From Octopus bimaculoides (lineage: Eukaryota): a stretch of DNA of 64,000 nt. A program made the position numbers and the translations under genes. Below, piece after piece: positions 37,830-51,916 of this stretch; the first letter of the stretch is position 1; every line of letters begins with the position of its first letter. Location of the stretch: contig NC_068988.1 of the NCBI RefSeq assembly GCF_001194135.2, positions 85,393,604-85,457,603 on the forward strand, in the 5' to 3' direction. The notes below the pieces were generated by a model. The model saw only the letters and a list, made by a program, of their open reading frames with translations. It did no database searches and had not been told where the DNA came from.

Positions 37830-39184
37830 GTGTATTATATATATATGTGTGTGTTTGTATGTCTATATGTGTGTATGCATATATGTATATACATATATAC
37901 ACACACATATGATATATGTATAAGCTTGCAATTTATCGATCGATCGATTCTTTTTTGCCCCCCCCCCCCTCTCTCTATCTCTTTTTCTCTCTTTGTAAGT
38001 ATGTATATGTTAGTCTATGAATGACAAATCTGTGTGTGTGTATATATATATATGTACATTCTGTTTGTCTGTTTATCGATGTATGTATGTCAGAAAACGG
38101 GCCAGTCCGCTCGTATCCGCGCGCGCTTGCACGTGCTCATGCGCTACTTAAAACTGAGGTGTATATGTTTATCTGAATGACATCTCGGTACTGCAGTGAC
38201 GTCCCAGACACACCCCCTGCATCAATTACCAATTAAGATAGAAACAATTCGGTTTAGATACTACCTTTACTACACGTTACAGACAGTACTACTTGTACAG
38301 GTTTCTTCTTTGTTTTTATTAAAGATATATTGGAAGGTGGACACACGAACACACTGGTTATATTCACATGTGAAATTTCATTATAGTTGCATATTCTTTC
38401 TTTCTGTGTATATATATATATATGTGTGTGTGTATTTATAAAAGAGGGAATGTGTGCGGAATGAAAGAGAGAATGTACCAATTGTTTACATACAAATCAT
38501 GAATTCTTTACTGATTATTGAGTGCTCTGGCTATTTCAGTTGGGCACATAAAATTAATCTTATACACAAATTGGCACAAAATTATCGGGGAAGAGGTGTA
38601 AGCGACGAAGAATCGATGGGTTAACCCCGAGTGGAATTTCAACTCAGAACGTACAGACGGAGGGAGCTAAATGCCGCAAGGTAATCCACAAAATTTGTGA
38701 CACACAAACACAATATATATATAAAAACAGGATAGATGGCTAGATAGGCAGAGTTTCAAGCTTACCCGATTGTTAAATCCCTCATCTTTTAATCAGCTTC
38801 AAATGAAAACCGGCTTGTAAGTAAAAAAAAAAAAAAACTGTAACAACCCTCTGGGTTTAACGACTATGACAATTACAAGCCGTTTTTCTTCACCTCCTCA
38901 TTGTGAAGTACTTTGATAAGGCTCCGTATGAAACATGGTTCGAATTGCCCGTTCTCCTACGTAATTATCCAGAATAGATATTTAAACAAGTAAAAATACT
39001 CCTGGTGTTCTCCAAAGACAATTTGTAATCGAACCTTTTTTTTTTCCTTTTCTTCGATTATTAATTAGTTGTTCGATTAAAGGTTGATTTAACTGTTTTT
39101 CGTCTTCTTTACATTATTTTTCTCATCTTGGTATTTTTAGTGGTTTTCCATTTATTCTATTTTGTTGTTATTTAATATTTTTAC

Positions 39185-39400
39185 CTTGTCTTGAAAGGGA
39201 AATTGTTTCCAAAGAATTTCTACAGACAAAACATTATGATTATTATTATTACTTTTATCTGATTCATCTTATCATTGTTGTTGTTTATTATTATTTTTTT
39301 CAATAATTATTGCTTTCCGCCGAGTCGTTTTTTCTTTTTTCTTTCTTTCATTCAAACTCTTCGTACCGAAGACTACATTTTTGTTTATCTGCCAATCAAT
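39185..39400 (-). other. Candidate upstream 5' UTR exon
   Basis: Donor acaag|gtaaaa at 39185 inside the CpG region; 5' boundary not definable. Confidence 0.25.
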
Positions 39401-39679
39401 CAGTCTCTATATATATGTATATGTATATACATACATACATATATATATATATATGTATATACATATATATATATTGGAAATTTATATACTGTCACTAATA
39501 TAGGAACACATTTAACTCTAGAAAATTTACATTTTTCTACGTACGTACGTACGTATGTATGTATGTATTATGTATGTATAAAGATGTGTTTGTATATGAG
39601 AGTCAGTTTTTGTACGGTATCAACAGAGAGCAAGTCCACACAGCAGCATAGGCAAACCAATATATCTATCATTCTATTT

Positions 39680-39724
<45 letters not shown>

Positions 39725-40559
39725 ATTAAAAAAGGAAACGAAATATATCGTTGATATAGGAAAGACTCGGCGGCGTCGTGTAAAACGTCTTTGATCATAA
39801 ACGGTGATTATGATGATACTATCAATAACAATGATATATGCATGTATAGGTATGTATATCTATCAGTATATATATATATACATGTATTGCTATGTAAAAA
39901 TAAGTAAAATTAGGACGTTAATTGTATATATATGGGACTACTCGATTGTGAATATATATGTGTGCACTAATACACAAATACATGTATGTATCTGTGTAAT
40001 TATAGACAGGCTTTTGTGTGTAAGATAAGGGGAGCAATGCTCCTACATCCATTTAAGATATAGCCGTATTGTTCCGTACTAAGCGATTCTGTACTGTGAA
40101 AAGGCCTGGTAGTTTACAAGGTGGAGATGGCGATTATGCAAAGAGAGAGAGAGAGAGATGTGGTGGTGCGCTGATTAACTGTTGAAGTCTGTCAGCGAAT
40201 TAACAAGGTTATTATCTGCCAATGTGTGTTTACCTGAATCTCTCTCTATACACAAATACGTATTTGTGTATACGTGTGTGTGTATTCGCGTGAGTATGTG
40301 TGTGTGGTTGCGGTAGATTATAGTGAAAGCCAGTGTCTATATATATACATGTGTATATATGTATATATATATATATATAACAAACATACACGCATACGCA
40401 TTAAGTTCTGTACACACACGCATATGAACATATGTGTGTTTGTGTATGTATGTATGTGTTTATGTCTATGTCCAGAATTTTGAATATACACATGCATTTA
40501 TATACACATATATATATACATATGCATATACATAAGTATATATATTTATCTGTATTATA

Positions 40560-40875
40560 TATGTTTCATTTATTTCAGTCACTTGACTGCTGCCATACTG
40601 GAGCACCGCCTTTAGTCAAGTAAATCGATCCCAGTACTTATTCTATCGGTCTCTTTGCCGAATCGTTAAGTTACGGGACGTGAACGCACCAGCAATGTTA
40701 GGGGACGCATACACACAAACACACATATACGATAGGCTTCTTTCAGTTTCCATCTACCAAATCCACTCACAAGGCTTTGGTCGGCCCAAAGCTATAGTAG
40801 AAGGTGCTACGCAGTGGGACTGAACACGAAACCATTTGGTTGGTAAGCAAGCTACTTACCACACAGCCACCCCTG
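40560..40875 (-). mobile_element. SINE family A
   Basis: Aligns to family A head and tail. Confidence 0.85.
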
Positions 40876-40928
40876 CACCTATATATATAATACTGTGAAT
40901 GTGCATATATATATATGTGTGTGTATGC

Positions 40929-40966
<38 letters not shown>

Positions 40967-41078
40967 TCACTGGTGGTGCCGTACCATAGCCACAGCCTCA
41001 AGACTGAAACATATAAAAGAATAAAAGAATATATATTGATAGATAAATAGACAGATATATACACATATATATACATAC

Positions 41079-41126
<48 letters not shown>

Positions 41127-41149
41127 ATACATACACACATACATACATA

Positions 41150-41496
41150 TATGCCACCTGACTGGCTCCTGTGCTGGTGGCACGTAAAAAGCACCATTCG
41201 AGTGTGGTTGACCCCAGTGCCAGCTGACTGGTCCCATGCCAGTGGCACATAAAAAGCACTATTCGAGTGTGGTCATTGCCAGTGCCACCTGACTGGTCCT
41301 CGTGCTAGTGGCATGTAAAAAAAGCACCCACTACACTCTCAGAATGATTGGCGTTAGGAAGGGCGTCCAGCTGTAGAAACTTTGCCTGATCAGATTTGAG
41401 CCTTGTGCAGCCTTCTGGCTTGCCAGCCCTCAGTCGAACTATCCAACCCATGCCAGTATGGGAAGCGGACGTTAAACAACGATGGTGATGATGATG

Positions 41497-41500
<4 letters not shown>
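41150..41500 (+). mobile_element. SINE-like family B
   Basis: Same units and tail. Confidence 0.8.
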
Positions 41501-41529
<29 letters not shown>

Positions 41530-41566
41530 CATATATACATATATACACACACACACACACACAAAC

Positions 41567-41597
<31 letters not shown>

Positions 41598-43308
41598 TGC
41601 ATATATATATATATAGATATACATATATACACTCATATATATATATATATATATATACATACATACATACACATACACACACATATATATATGAATACAC
41701 ATGTATATACATATACATATGTTATGTACATACACATTCTTATATGTTTGTCATTATTCAGTTATATTTCAAGATTTCTTGCCAATAGAGAAAGACCCAG
41801 TTTCTAATCTAGATCCAAGGCTCTTTCATTGGAATCTCAACAGCAACTAGGTATTTTTGTATGCATGTATATGTGCAGTATTTGGACTCAGTGCATGTAC
41901 AGGTTTGTATGTATGTATGTATATATGTATATGAGCATTTTCATGTGTGTTATATGCATGTGTGTGTGAGTAACAGGGAGGCGGAAGCGTATAAGACCAC
42001 CTCACAAGTGTTGATATTATGATTGCCCAGTAGTCTCTGTAAAGTTGTTGTAGAAGGAACAGAGAAAACAGGGTTGAGAGAACATTTACCTTTTTTTTTT
42101 GATATGACAACATGAAACCATGCCACGCATGAAACATAGAAGTGTAGAAGTTTTCCCACGACCACCTTTCACTAGATACTGTCTCTCTACTGGGACAGTG
42201 TCTTCAAATAAGAAATGTCTTGAAACATGGCAACAATGTCTGGTGCATGCCAGCATCAAAATGGACAACAAAGGGAGGATAATAATAATGATGATGATGA
42301 TGGTATGTATGTGTGCATGTGTGTGTGCACGTGTGTGTGTGTGTGTGTGTGTGTAATCAAGATGACTGGCAATTTACTGTGCTCAATATTTGCCATCCCT
42401 CTCAGTACAGATGAGGCCCTCAAAAGGCACATCATATATGCCTATGGCTCTGTTCCTGATATGTCTCTTTCCTACAATTCATCTTTCTAATACCTCTCCC
42501 TCTATCACTCTCCGGCACTATCCACTCAGCTGCTGTAATTATATGAGTTTGAAACTGAACATATTTCATCCTCCACTTTCTTGCACTCCCACTCACCCTG
42601 TTTGGAAACACTTGTTTCTTGCATTCTCAGTGTCATCCCTTATTCTCTATTGAATGCCCCTTTCACTTTCAGTTTTTCCCTTAACACCTCATTCTGCTGA
42701 TGGCAGACCCAACTACTTATGTTCATCTCTCATTGTTTCTACCCCTATGAAATTCTGACTTCATCCTTGGCCTTGTACATCTCTTGAATGCTGCTCACAC
42801 TCCCCATCACTGTGTTGCCACCTATTACCTCTCTGTCCAATGTTATTTCCTCAACTCACTAGCATAGCTAGATTGTGTGCTTCCCAGGGCAGCCCTTCAG
42901 CCCCCACAAAAAATACATATTGCCTGCAGCAGACCCAAAAGTGGTGCCATCCCCATAAAAGTTTATATAATGAATATCTAAATATATATATAAAATTTAT
43001 TAATAAGGGTAGAAATTGATATTAATCAATTAAAAATTCTGGAAATTATATTTTTAAATCGACAGACTGCGCTGATAATCTTGCAGATATTTACTTATGT
43101 AAATTTTAACAGGTGAAACCATGGTACGTAGGCTAATCGTTTTTTTTTTTTATTTATTTAGTATTTTTTCATTTGTCTTGCCCTTTTACAGTCTGTTGTG
43201 TCGCTAACTTTTTACTGAGAACATATTTTTTTGTAGTTAGATGATTAGGCATATATTTCTAGCATATAGGAGTCCACTTTTTCTGGTCATTCCTCTTATT
43301 TTTGTATG

Positions 43309-43351
<43 letters not shown>

Positions 43352-43356
<5 letters not shown>

Positions 43357-43764
43357 TCAAAACAGTTCAATTCAAATTCATTTGTATTCTTGAGTTTCAA
43401 GCACGATGCTAGTCATCAACCATTTTGAATTTGAATGATAGAAGTTGATTGTTGTTACCATAAGGTGGGCTACGATTGGTAGAGGAAGTTCATGCCCCTT
43501 CCTACTTCCCCGCTAACAACTTGACCAACTTCTAGTCTATTTCCTGTCCTCCATGTGGTCAATTTCCTGTTCACCATGCGATATTTTTCAACTAACTTTT
43601 ACCCATATACCAAGATCAAACCACGACACCATTTGACTTTCCTCGACCAATTGCAGCCTACCTTAGGGTAATAACAATCAACTCTTGTCATTCAAATTCA
43701 AAATGGCTGACGACTAGTATCACACTTGAAACTCAAGAGTACCATTGAATTTGTTTTGATTCAT
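43352..43764. mobile_element. Palindromic Penelope-type element with ~135-bp imperfect arms, HHR in each arm
   Basis: Arms 43352-43490 and 43632-43764; left end abuts (TA)n. Confidence 0.8.
43702..43746 (+). ncRNA. Type-I hammerhead with canonical core
   Basis: aatgg-CTGACGA-ctagtatcacactt-GAAAC-tcaaga-GTA-ccatt. Stem II is short and imperfect. Degenerate inverted copy at 43380-43424. Confidence 0.75.
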
Positions 43765-44121
43765 GCATGTAACTCCCAATAAATTGGTTGAGTGGCTTTC
43801 TTTTGTTTGTCCACTCACTTATATATACATGCATATATATGTATATATGTATATATATAAAAATAGATAGATAGGTAGAGAGAGAGAGAAAGAGAGAGAT
43901 AGATATATATTCATTATATATATATGTGTGTATCTTTTAACTTTTATGTGTTTCAGTTATTAGGCTGTGGCCATGCTGGGACACCACCTTAAAGAATTTA
44001 AGTCAAATGAATCAACTTAATCCTTATAATTTTTAACCTGGTTCTAACTCTATCGTTCTCTTTTGCTGAGCACAAACCAATACCAGTTGTTAAAGGCAGT
44101 GGGGGATAAACACAAAGACAC

Positions 44122-44152
<31 letters not shown>

Positions 44153-44171
44153 NNNNNNNNNNACACGCACA

Positions 44172-44207
<36 letters not shown>

Positions 44208-44399
44208 ATACTTACAAATATACAATGGACTTCTTCAGTTTCTGGCTACCAAATTTCTTTCACACGGCTTTGGTCCATTACCAAAGGTGCCACACAGTAT
44301 GATTGAACCTGGAACTATATAGTTAGGAAGCAAACTGCCCACAACGCTACCACACACATCTCTCTTCAAATTTATATGCGCGCGTGTGTGTGTGCGTGT

Positions 44400-44770
44400 A
44401 TATTGGACTATGGCTATGCTGGGGCACTCCCTTGAAGAATTTTTAGTCTAATGAAACAACCCAGTTGCTTATTCTTTTGGTGCTTTTTGCGAAACTGTTA
44501 AGTTATGGGGACATTAACACACCAACACTGGTCATCAAGTGGTGGGACAAACACAGACACAATAACACACTCATATATATATATAAATATATATATACAC
44601 ACACACACATATCACATACACATGACAGGCTTCTTTCAGTATCAGTCTACCAAATCCACTCATGGTTTTCCTTGGCCTGAAGCTATAGTAGAAGACACCT
44701 GCCCAAGGTGCCACACAGTGGGACTGAATCTGGAATCATGTGGTTGGGAAGCAAGCTTCTTACCACACAC
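44400..44770 (-). mobile_element. SINE family A, diverged
   Basis: Aligns to family A; another diverged copy at ~43950-44350. Confidence 0.75.
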
Positions 44771-44807
44771 ACACTCACACGCACACACACACACACACAT
44801 ACACACG

Positions 44808-44877
<70 letters not shown>

Positions 44878-46020
44878 TTATAAAGCCTAACTGTAAGTTA
44901 AATATGAATGGATTCTCATTGTTTTTTATAATTTTGGCATGCAGTGAAAAAGAGTGGGCAGTCTGCTGACAAGTTATTTTATGGTTTGATAACTCCTCCT
45001 CAGAGAAAAATCATATTTGGTTTCCTTCCTTAATCATTTGCATAGATTATTCAGCTCCTACATAAAAAAAAAAACATAAACTAGGCTACCACATACGTGG
45101 ATAGCTTAATTTGTATATTTGCACTTTACATGACTCATCATTAGTTGAACAATATATATTTTATGCACAACTGATTGTGTATCAGAAGAATGGAAACAAA
45201 TTTACATATAAAGCTTAGTAGTCACGAAATAATTATGTAAACACAATTTCTATGCTTTTGATCTATAGAAAACAGATGCAGCATCTCATGATGGACTGTT
45301 TTATGGTTTGTTAACCACTCCTAAGAGGAGATTTACCTGGGTTCTTTCCCTAATCAATAGCATAGAATATTTATCTGCTATATAAAGTAGTCATAAATTG
45401 GACTACTAAACATGTGGCTGATGATTGTGATGGTAGTGTTGATGATATGTATAGAAAGTATATAAATATATACACATGTGGAAGCACATACCCACATTTT
45501 CACATTCAAGTGTACAAACCATAAAGTGAAGCATAATTGTAAAGATAAAGGTATATAAATATATATATAAAATGATCATAAGTGTATAAAAACATCCATG
45601 TATACATGCAAATATACGTCCATACATACATACATACATACGTATTTATATGAACATATGCTGGAATAATACATACAAAAAATGCATACATTTGCATTGA
45701 GGAAAACATAAAGGCAAATAGCATAATGTATATGATATCCAAAATAACATGCACAATAGAACATACATTAAAGAGCATGCATTATAGACATGCAACAGTA
45801 AGAGGAAGATAGGTGACAAGTATATTTGATACAGGTATGGACCATCAGAAGACAATTGTGTAAGTAGGAAAAGGCTGCAGTAATTGAAACAATAAATTAT
45901 AGATGAATGGCAAAAAGAGTGGAAGAAGTGAAGATGGAAGGGCATAGAGATGATCAAAAACCACTGTTTAGAGAAGTTTCCATGAGGGTCGAGGAATAGA
46001 GGGTAAAATTACTATTGTAG

Positions 46021-46446
46021 GAGTGTTACTGGCTGGTGAAATCAGAAAGATTAAAGTTGTGCATGTTCTATATGAATGCAGAGTACTTTTAGTTATTTTA
46101 CTTAGTAGATCGTCTTTGAGAAAAATGGATTTCTGAACTGCTGTTTGCATACAAGTTGCACAATTTGTGCTTTCTGATATAAGATTTTGCTTCATATAAG
46201 ATTTTCCTTGAGCACTTAAATGTAATACATTTCTTTTTAGATTGTGGAAGTAGTTAGTTAATGGTATATGATTTGACCTACTGGGCTGTCCGAAGGAGTA
46301 GGTGTGAGAGTTATACCATGGTTTAAAAGGGTTAGAGGTCATGCTTATGTGTGCATTAATATAAGAACTACAAAGTCTTCAACTTATAGGATCTATAAGA
46401 CTTACAAACAATTAAGTCTTTTTAATTTCACCAACCAGTAACACTT
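46021..46446. mobile_element. Old MITE-like element with ~30-bp imperfect TIRs
   Basis: gtgttactggctggtgaaatcagaaagatt (46023) versus agtctttttaatttcaccaaccagtaacac (46415-46444). Confidence 0.55.
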
Positions 46447-48415
46447 CATAAGAGTAGTTAGGTGTATGAGTACATGTGAATTATATTCCTTCAAATGCTC
46501 AATATCTGACTTTTTATAATCTGTTTCACAGCTCAAAGGTAAATCATCTGAGGCATAGGATAATGTTTACAATATAACCATTGAAATATTACAAGAGAAA
46601 AACAAATAAATATAAAAGACAGAAAAAAGAATAGATCAGAGGAGGAAAAATATGACAAAATGAGATATTATGCAGTAAGAAGAGTACTGGAAAATCTGTA
46701 GAAGGGGAGAAAGCCTGAATTAGTGGGTGCTGTGAATGAGAAAATGTAAAACAAAGGAAGAGTGGGGGAAGAGTAAACTAATCAATGGGTGATTTCTATT
46801 GCCAAATCTAGTTTATGTATACATCAAGCACAATCTATCTGAAACTGTAAAATTAATTAAGAATTTGAATATCCAATTCATCTGTAGTGAAGAATCAGAA
46901 AAGAGCAAAGGCTTTTCATAATTAAACATAGAAATAACATTGAACATTAATGCAGTTATATAAATATTTAGTGATTAATTGTATTGGTAGACATGTGAAG
47001 TTTATGCCAGCTGTTACAAGTAGAGGTGATGTATCTAACTCAAAAGTTGCATAAAGCTATGGGAGCAGAGCCTTGTTAATTTTAAAAATTATAAATGCAT
47101 ATTTGTATAAGAAGATTCATAATTTAAAGAAGACAAAGCTCAACTAGTATTAAATTATAAATAAACAAATGAATATTTTGACATTTATTAGTGATAGAAC
47201 AATTTACAAACCAATGAGAATTGATCCTCAATAAGTTTTGAGAACCAAACACTTTCTTCTATCCCTTTTCTGCAATTTGATAACAAACCCATTGTTACTG
47301 TATGTCAAATAATTCAGTGAAATTGCATCACTAGTCAAGTCACAGAAGTGTGATGAAAAATTTTTGAAGCTTCATAATATATTGTACTCTTAAAAGATAA
47401 ATGAAATGGCTATAACAGTATTTGTTTGTCTTGAAATGGATAAAGTGACTCTAAGAATATAATTGCTTTATGGGCATTAGGAAGGGGTTCGACTGTAGAA
47501 ATCATACTAAAGCAGACATTGTAATTTGATTTTGTCCTCTGACTCATTGGATCCTGGTGAACAATCCAATCCATGGAAGACAGACAACATTAAATGATGA
47601 CAATAGTGATGATGACACACCTACATGTGCCGCATCCCACCTTACTCTCACAAGCATGTAAACAGATATATACACACATATAAAATATATATGTATTTAT
47701 ATAGATGTGTGTGGGTATTATCATCAACATCATCATCATTTAGTGTTCCTTTTTCCATACCAGCATGGGTTCGATAGTTTGACATGAACTGATGAGGCAG
47801 TAGGTGGTGTGATGAGCTCCAAAGTCAGCTTTGCATGGTTTCTATAGCTAGATTCCCTTCCTGGTGTCAACCACTTCAGAGCAAACTGGGTACATTTTTT
47901 CATGTTACCAGCAGTGGTGAGGTTACCATACATTCACAAGACAAGAGCCTTCAACTGAGTGGGGATTAAAAGATATGAAAATATAAAAGAGTGACAGAAG
48001 CAGGGGTCTTGGTGAATTTTCATATGCCTCATATAAGTGTACTTGAATATTGTACTTTTCAAATATGAAACTTGAAGTAGCCCACCCAAAACTTCTGCAT
48101 TTATTGGTTTCAAATTTTTGTACAAGGCCAGCTGTTTTGAGGGAGGTGGTAAGTTGATTACATTGATCCCAGTACTCAGCTGCTATCTATCTTATCAACT
48201 CCAAAACGATAAAAGGGAAAAGCTGATCTTAGCAGCATTTGAGCTCAGAACATAAAAGTGGACAAAAGCTGCTAAGCAATTTGCCTGGTGTTCTAACAAC
48301 CTCGCCAGTTTGCTGCCTTGACTTCTGTATTAATTAAATGATACTTCATTCATGCTGAATTTTTTGTGTTGTTGATCCTATCAATAAATGAACAGTACAT
48401 CACACACACACACAC

Positions 48416-48446
<31 letters not shown>

Positions 48447-48447
48447 G

Positions 48448-48570
48448 AGCTGAGAATGTGTGCCTGTCTGTCTGTCTGTATGTGTGCATTACTAAAACTC
48501 GAGAACAACCCTACGGATTTCATTCAAATTTTACACATGCCTTACTTAGGGTCCATGCAGTGTCAACTTT
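48448..48570 (+). mobile_element. Helitron/Helentron (DINE/HINE-like) 5' core fragment
   Basis: (gtct)n followed by ctcgagaac..ggatttcattcaaattttacac, resembling the DINE-1-like core motif. Confidence 0.4.
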
Positions 48571-49050
48571 AGCACTGTCCAAGCACTAACAGCACTGTCC
48601 GAGCATGATCATTGCCAGAGCAACTGTCTGGCTTCCGTGCTAGTGGCCCGTATATAGCACCATTTGAACGCGATCGTTACCAGCGTCACCTTACTGGTAC
48701 TTGTGCCGGTGGCACATTAGAAAATCATTTGAGCAAGGTCGAGCGAGGTCGTTGCCAGTGCCGCTGGACTGGCTCCTGTGCAGGTGGCACGTAAAAAACA
48801 CCATTTTGAGCGTGGCTGTTGCCTGTACTGCGTGACTGGCCCTCGTGCCGGTGGCATGTAAAAACACCATTTTGAGTGTGGCCGTTGCCAGTACTGTGTG
48901 ACTGGCCCTCATGCCGGTGGCACGTAAAAGCACCCTCTACACTCTCGGAGTGGTTGTCATTAGGAAGGGCATCCAGCTGTAGAAACACTGCCAGAACAGT
49001 CCTCAGTCAAATCATCCAATCATGGAAAGCGGATGTTAAACAATGATGAA
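48570..49050 (+). mobile_element. SINE-like family B, more tandem units
   Basis: Same units and tail. Confidence 0.85.
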
Positions 49051-49083
49051 GATGATGATATATATATGTGTGTATTACATCTT

Positions 49084-49118
<35 letters not shown>

Positions 49119-49717
49119 NNNNNNNNNNNNNNNNNNNNNNNNNNNNNNNNNNNNNNNNNNNNNNNNNNNNNNNNNNNNNNNNNNNNNNNNNNNNNNNNNN
49201 NNNNNNNNNNNNNNNNNNNNNNNNNNNNNNNNNNNNNNNNNNNNNNNNNNNNNNNNNNNNNNNNNNNNNNNNNNNNNNNNNNNNNNNNNNNNNNNNNNNN
49301 NNNNNNNNNNNNNNNNNNNNNNNNNNNNNNNNNNNNNNNNNNNNNNNNNNNNNNNNNNNNNNNNNNNNNNNNNNNNNNNNNNNNNNNNNNNNNNNNNNNN
49401 NNNNNNNNNNNNNNNNNNNNNNNNNNNNNNNNNNNNNNNNNNNNNNNNNNNNNNNNNNNNNNNNNNNNNNNNNNNNNNNNNNNNNNNNNNNNNNNNNNNN
49501 NNNNNNNNNNNNNNNNNNNNNNNNNNNNNNNNNNNNNNNNNNNNNNNNNNNNNNNNNNNNNNNNNNNNNNNNNNNNNNNNNNNNNNNNNNNNNNNNNNNN
49601 NNNNNNNNNNNNNNNNNNNNNNNNNNNNNNNNNNNNNNNNNNNNNNNNNNNNNNNNNNNNNNNNNNNNNNNNNNNNNNNNNNNNNNNNNNNNNNNTGGCA
49701 GAGTTTCTACAGCTGGA

Positions 49718-49768
<51 letters not shown>

Positions 49769-50422
49769 TTGTGTCTGTATTTGTCCTCCCACCAATGCTT
49801 GACAACCGATGGTGGTGTGTTTACGTCCCCGTAACTTAGCGGTTCGGCAAAAGAGACCGATAGAATAAGTACTAAGCTTACAAAGAATAAGTCCTGGGTC
49901 GATTTGCTCGACTAAAGGCAGTGCTCCACCATGGCCGCAGTCAATTGACTGAAACAAGTAAAAGAGTAAAGAGTATATGTATATGTATATATATGTATAT
50001 GTATGTATATATATATATGTATGTGTGTGTAAATATGTATGTATATATACATATATATATGTATGTATATTTATGTATATATGTGTGTGTGTGTGTATAT
50101 ATATGTATGTATATATGCGTATGTATATGTATATATATGTGTGTGTGTATATATACATATATGTGTGTAGAAAGAAGACTGTCGTATATATGTGTATATT
50201 TGCATGCTTGCGTGTGTGTGTGTTTGTACTCCCACTGCTTGACAGCCGATGTTGCTGTGCTTATGTTCCCATAACATAGTGGTTATGCAAAAGACACTGA
50301 TAGAATAAGTACTAGGCTTACAAAGAATATATCCTGTGGTCAATTTGTTCAACAAAAGGCAGTGCTCCAGCATGGCCAAAGTCACCTGACTAAAACAAGT
50401 AAAACAAGTAAAACAATAAAAG

Positions 50423-50466
50423 AACTATGCCATTTTAATCCCGAGCAAGGCTGGGTATCTCTGCTA

Positions 50467-50468
<2 letters not shown>
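50423..50468 (+). mobile_element. Helitron-like 3' terminus
   Basis: cccgagcaaggctggg..ctgCTAGt. Confidence 0.55.
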
Positions 50469-50510
<42 letters not shown>

Positions 50511-51603
50511 NNNNNNNNNNNNNNNNNNNNNNNNNNNNNNNNNNNNNNNNNNNNNNNNNNNNNNNNNNNNNNNNNNNNNNNNNNNNNNNNNNNNNNNNNN
50601 NNNNNNNNNNNNNNNNNNNNNNNNNNNNNNNNNNNNNNNNNNNNNNNNNNNNNNNNNNNNNNNNNNNNNNNNNNNNNNNNNNNNNNNNNNNNNNNNNNNN
50701 NNNNNNNNNNNNNNNNNNNNNNNNNNNNNNNNNNNNNNNNNNNNNNNNNNNNNNNNNNNNNNNNNNNNNNNNNNNNNNNNNNNNNNNNNNNNNNNNNNNN
50801 NNNNNNNNNNNNNNNNNNNNNNNNNNNNNNNNNNNNNNNNNNNNNNNNNNNNNNNNNNNNNNNNNNNNNNNNNNNNNNNNNNNNNNNNNNNNNNNNNNNN
50901 NNNNNNNNNNNNNNNNNNNNNNNNNNNNNNNNNNNNNNTGAAAAAGAGGTAAGATTTGGCATCAGGATGAGCATCGGGCTGTAAAAATTTGGTACAATTT
51001 CCTTTCATCTAAGGCATGCTAGTATGGAAAAACAGAATTAAAATGGAACAGAAAATGGAATTAATATATATACATATATATATATTTATACCGTACAAAG
51101 ACCAGCAGCCAATAAACAAATATGCAGAAACACATTAAGCACCTGTAGTGTGAGCTCCCTTTATGGTATTCTTTCACTGGACAGCTACATCTAATACTGA
51201 CATTACATGAAGGAGAGTTAGTTCCTTCCTTATTCATTCAGCTGTAACTAATGCCCTAACTTCAACATTACGTAATATCTGCCATCTGATGATGTCAGTT
51301 AAGAAAATTGGAAAACCAGCTCATTCTTCATTCACTTTTCCATGTTTCATTTAGAAGTATGTCTACTCCGAGTCAGCATGGAACAATGGACATTAAATGA
51401 TGATGACAATGATGCACACATCATCATCTTACACACACACACGTATGTGCATATATACACACGTGTGTGTGTGGAGGTATATATACCTGTTAGTATGCTG
51501 ATTAATGCATGTGCACTGTCTGCAGCTACCTGATGTCATCAACAGTATTGATATAAATGCTACTGCATTTACTTCTGGAATTCCTCCATGTCCATCGAGT
51601 ATG

Positions 51604-51845
51604 TAACAAATGAGAGTAAGAGAAAATGGAATTCTTGAGATTCTGTATTAATCACAACAACTGTTTTGACCCATCTTGCATCGGTCCCTTGCATACCTTT
51701 TGAAAAGTCACCTGACAAGACACATCTGCATCGAAAGAGGCACCACAACCAGTTGTCCAGCGAGGGACTAATACAAGATGGGTCGAAACAATCATTGTGA
51801 TTGATAAAGAATCTCATGAAATTCATTTTCTCTTTCTCCCATTTG

Positions 51846-51848
<3 letters not shown>
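51604..51848. mobile_element. Palindromic element (~89-bp arms) with HHR-like scaffold
   Basis: Arms 51604-51692 and 51760-51848, followed by (TA)n. GACC/GGTC stem (consensus of the two arms) precedes GAAAC. Confidence 0.7.

Positions 51849-51916
<68 letters not shown>

Larger units (their letters stand above)
36600..40400. promoter_or_regulatory. CpG-retaining (probably unmethylated) promoter/5' region
   Basis: Frequent CpG in non-repeat DNA (e.g. ccgctcgtatccgcgcgcgc 38106, tcggcggcgtcg 39768) against CpG-poor surroundings; almost free of SINEs; E-box cacgtg and tgacgtc near 38130-38205. Judged by eye. Confidence 0.6.

Noticed and set aside
39317-39773. Inverted 10-mer ccgccgagtc pair in the CpG region
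   Set aside because: A 10-bp match within a few kb is not clearly beyond chance.
45968-46342. 124-aa minus-strand ORF
   Set aside because: Overlaps an old MITE, no recognisable domain, no convincing splice signals.
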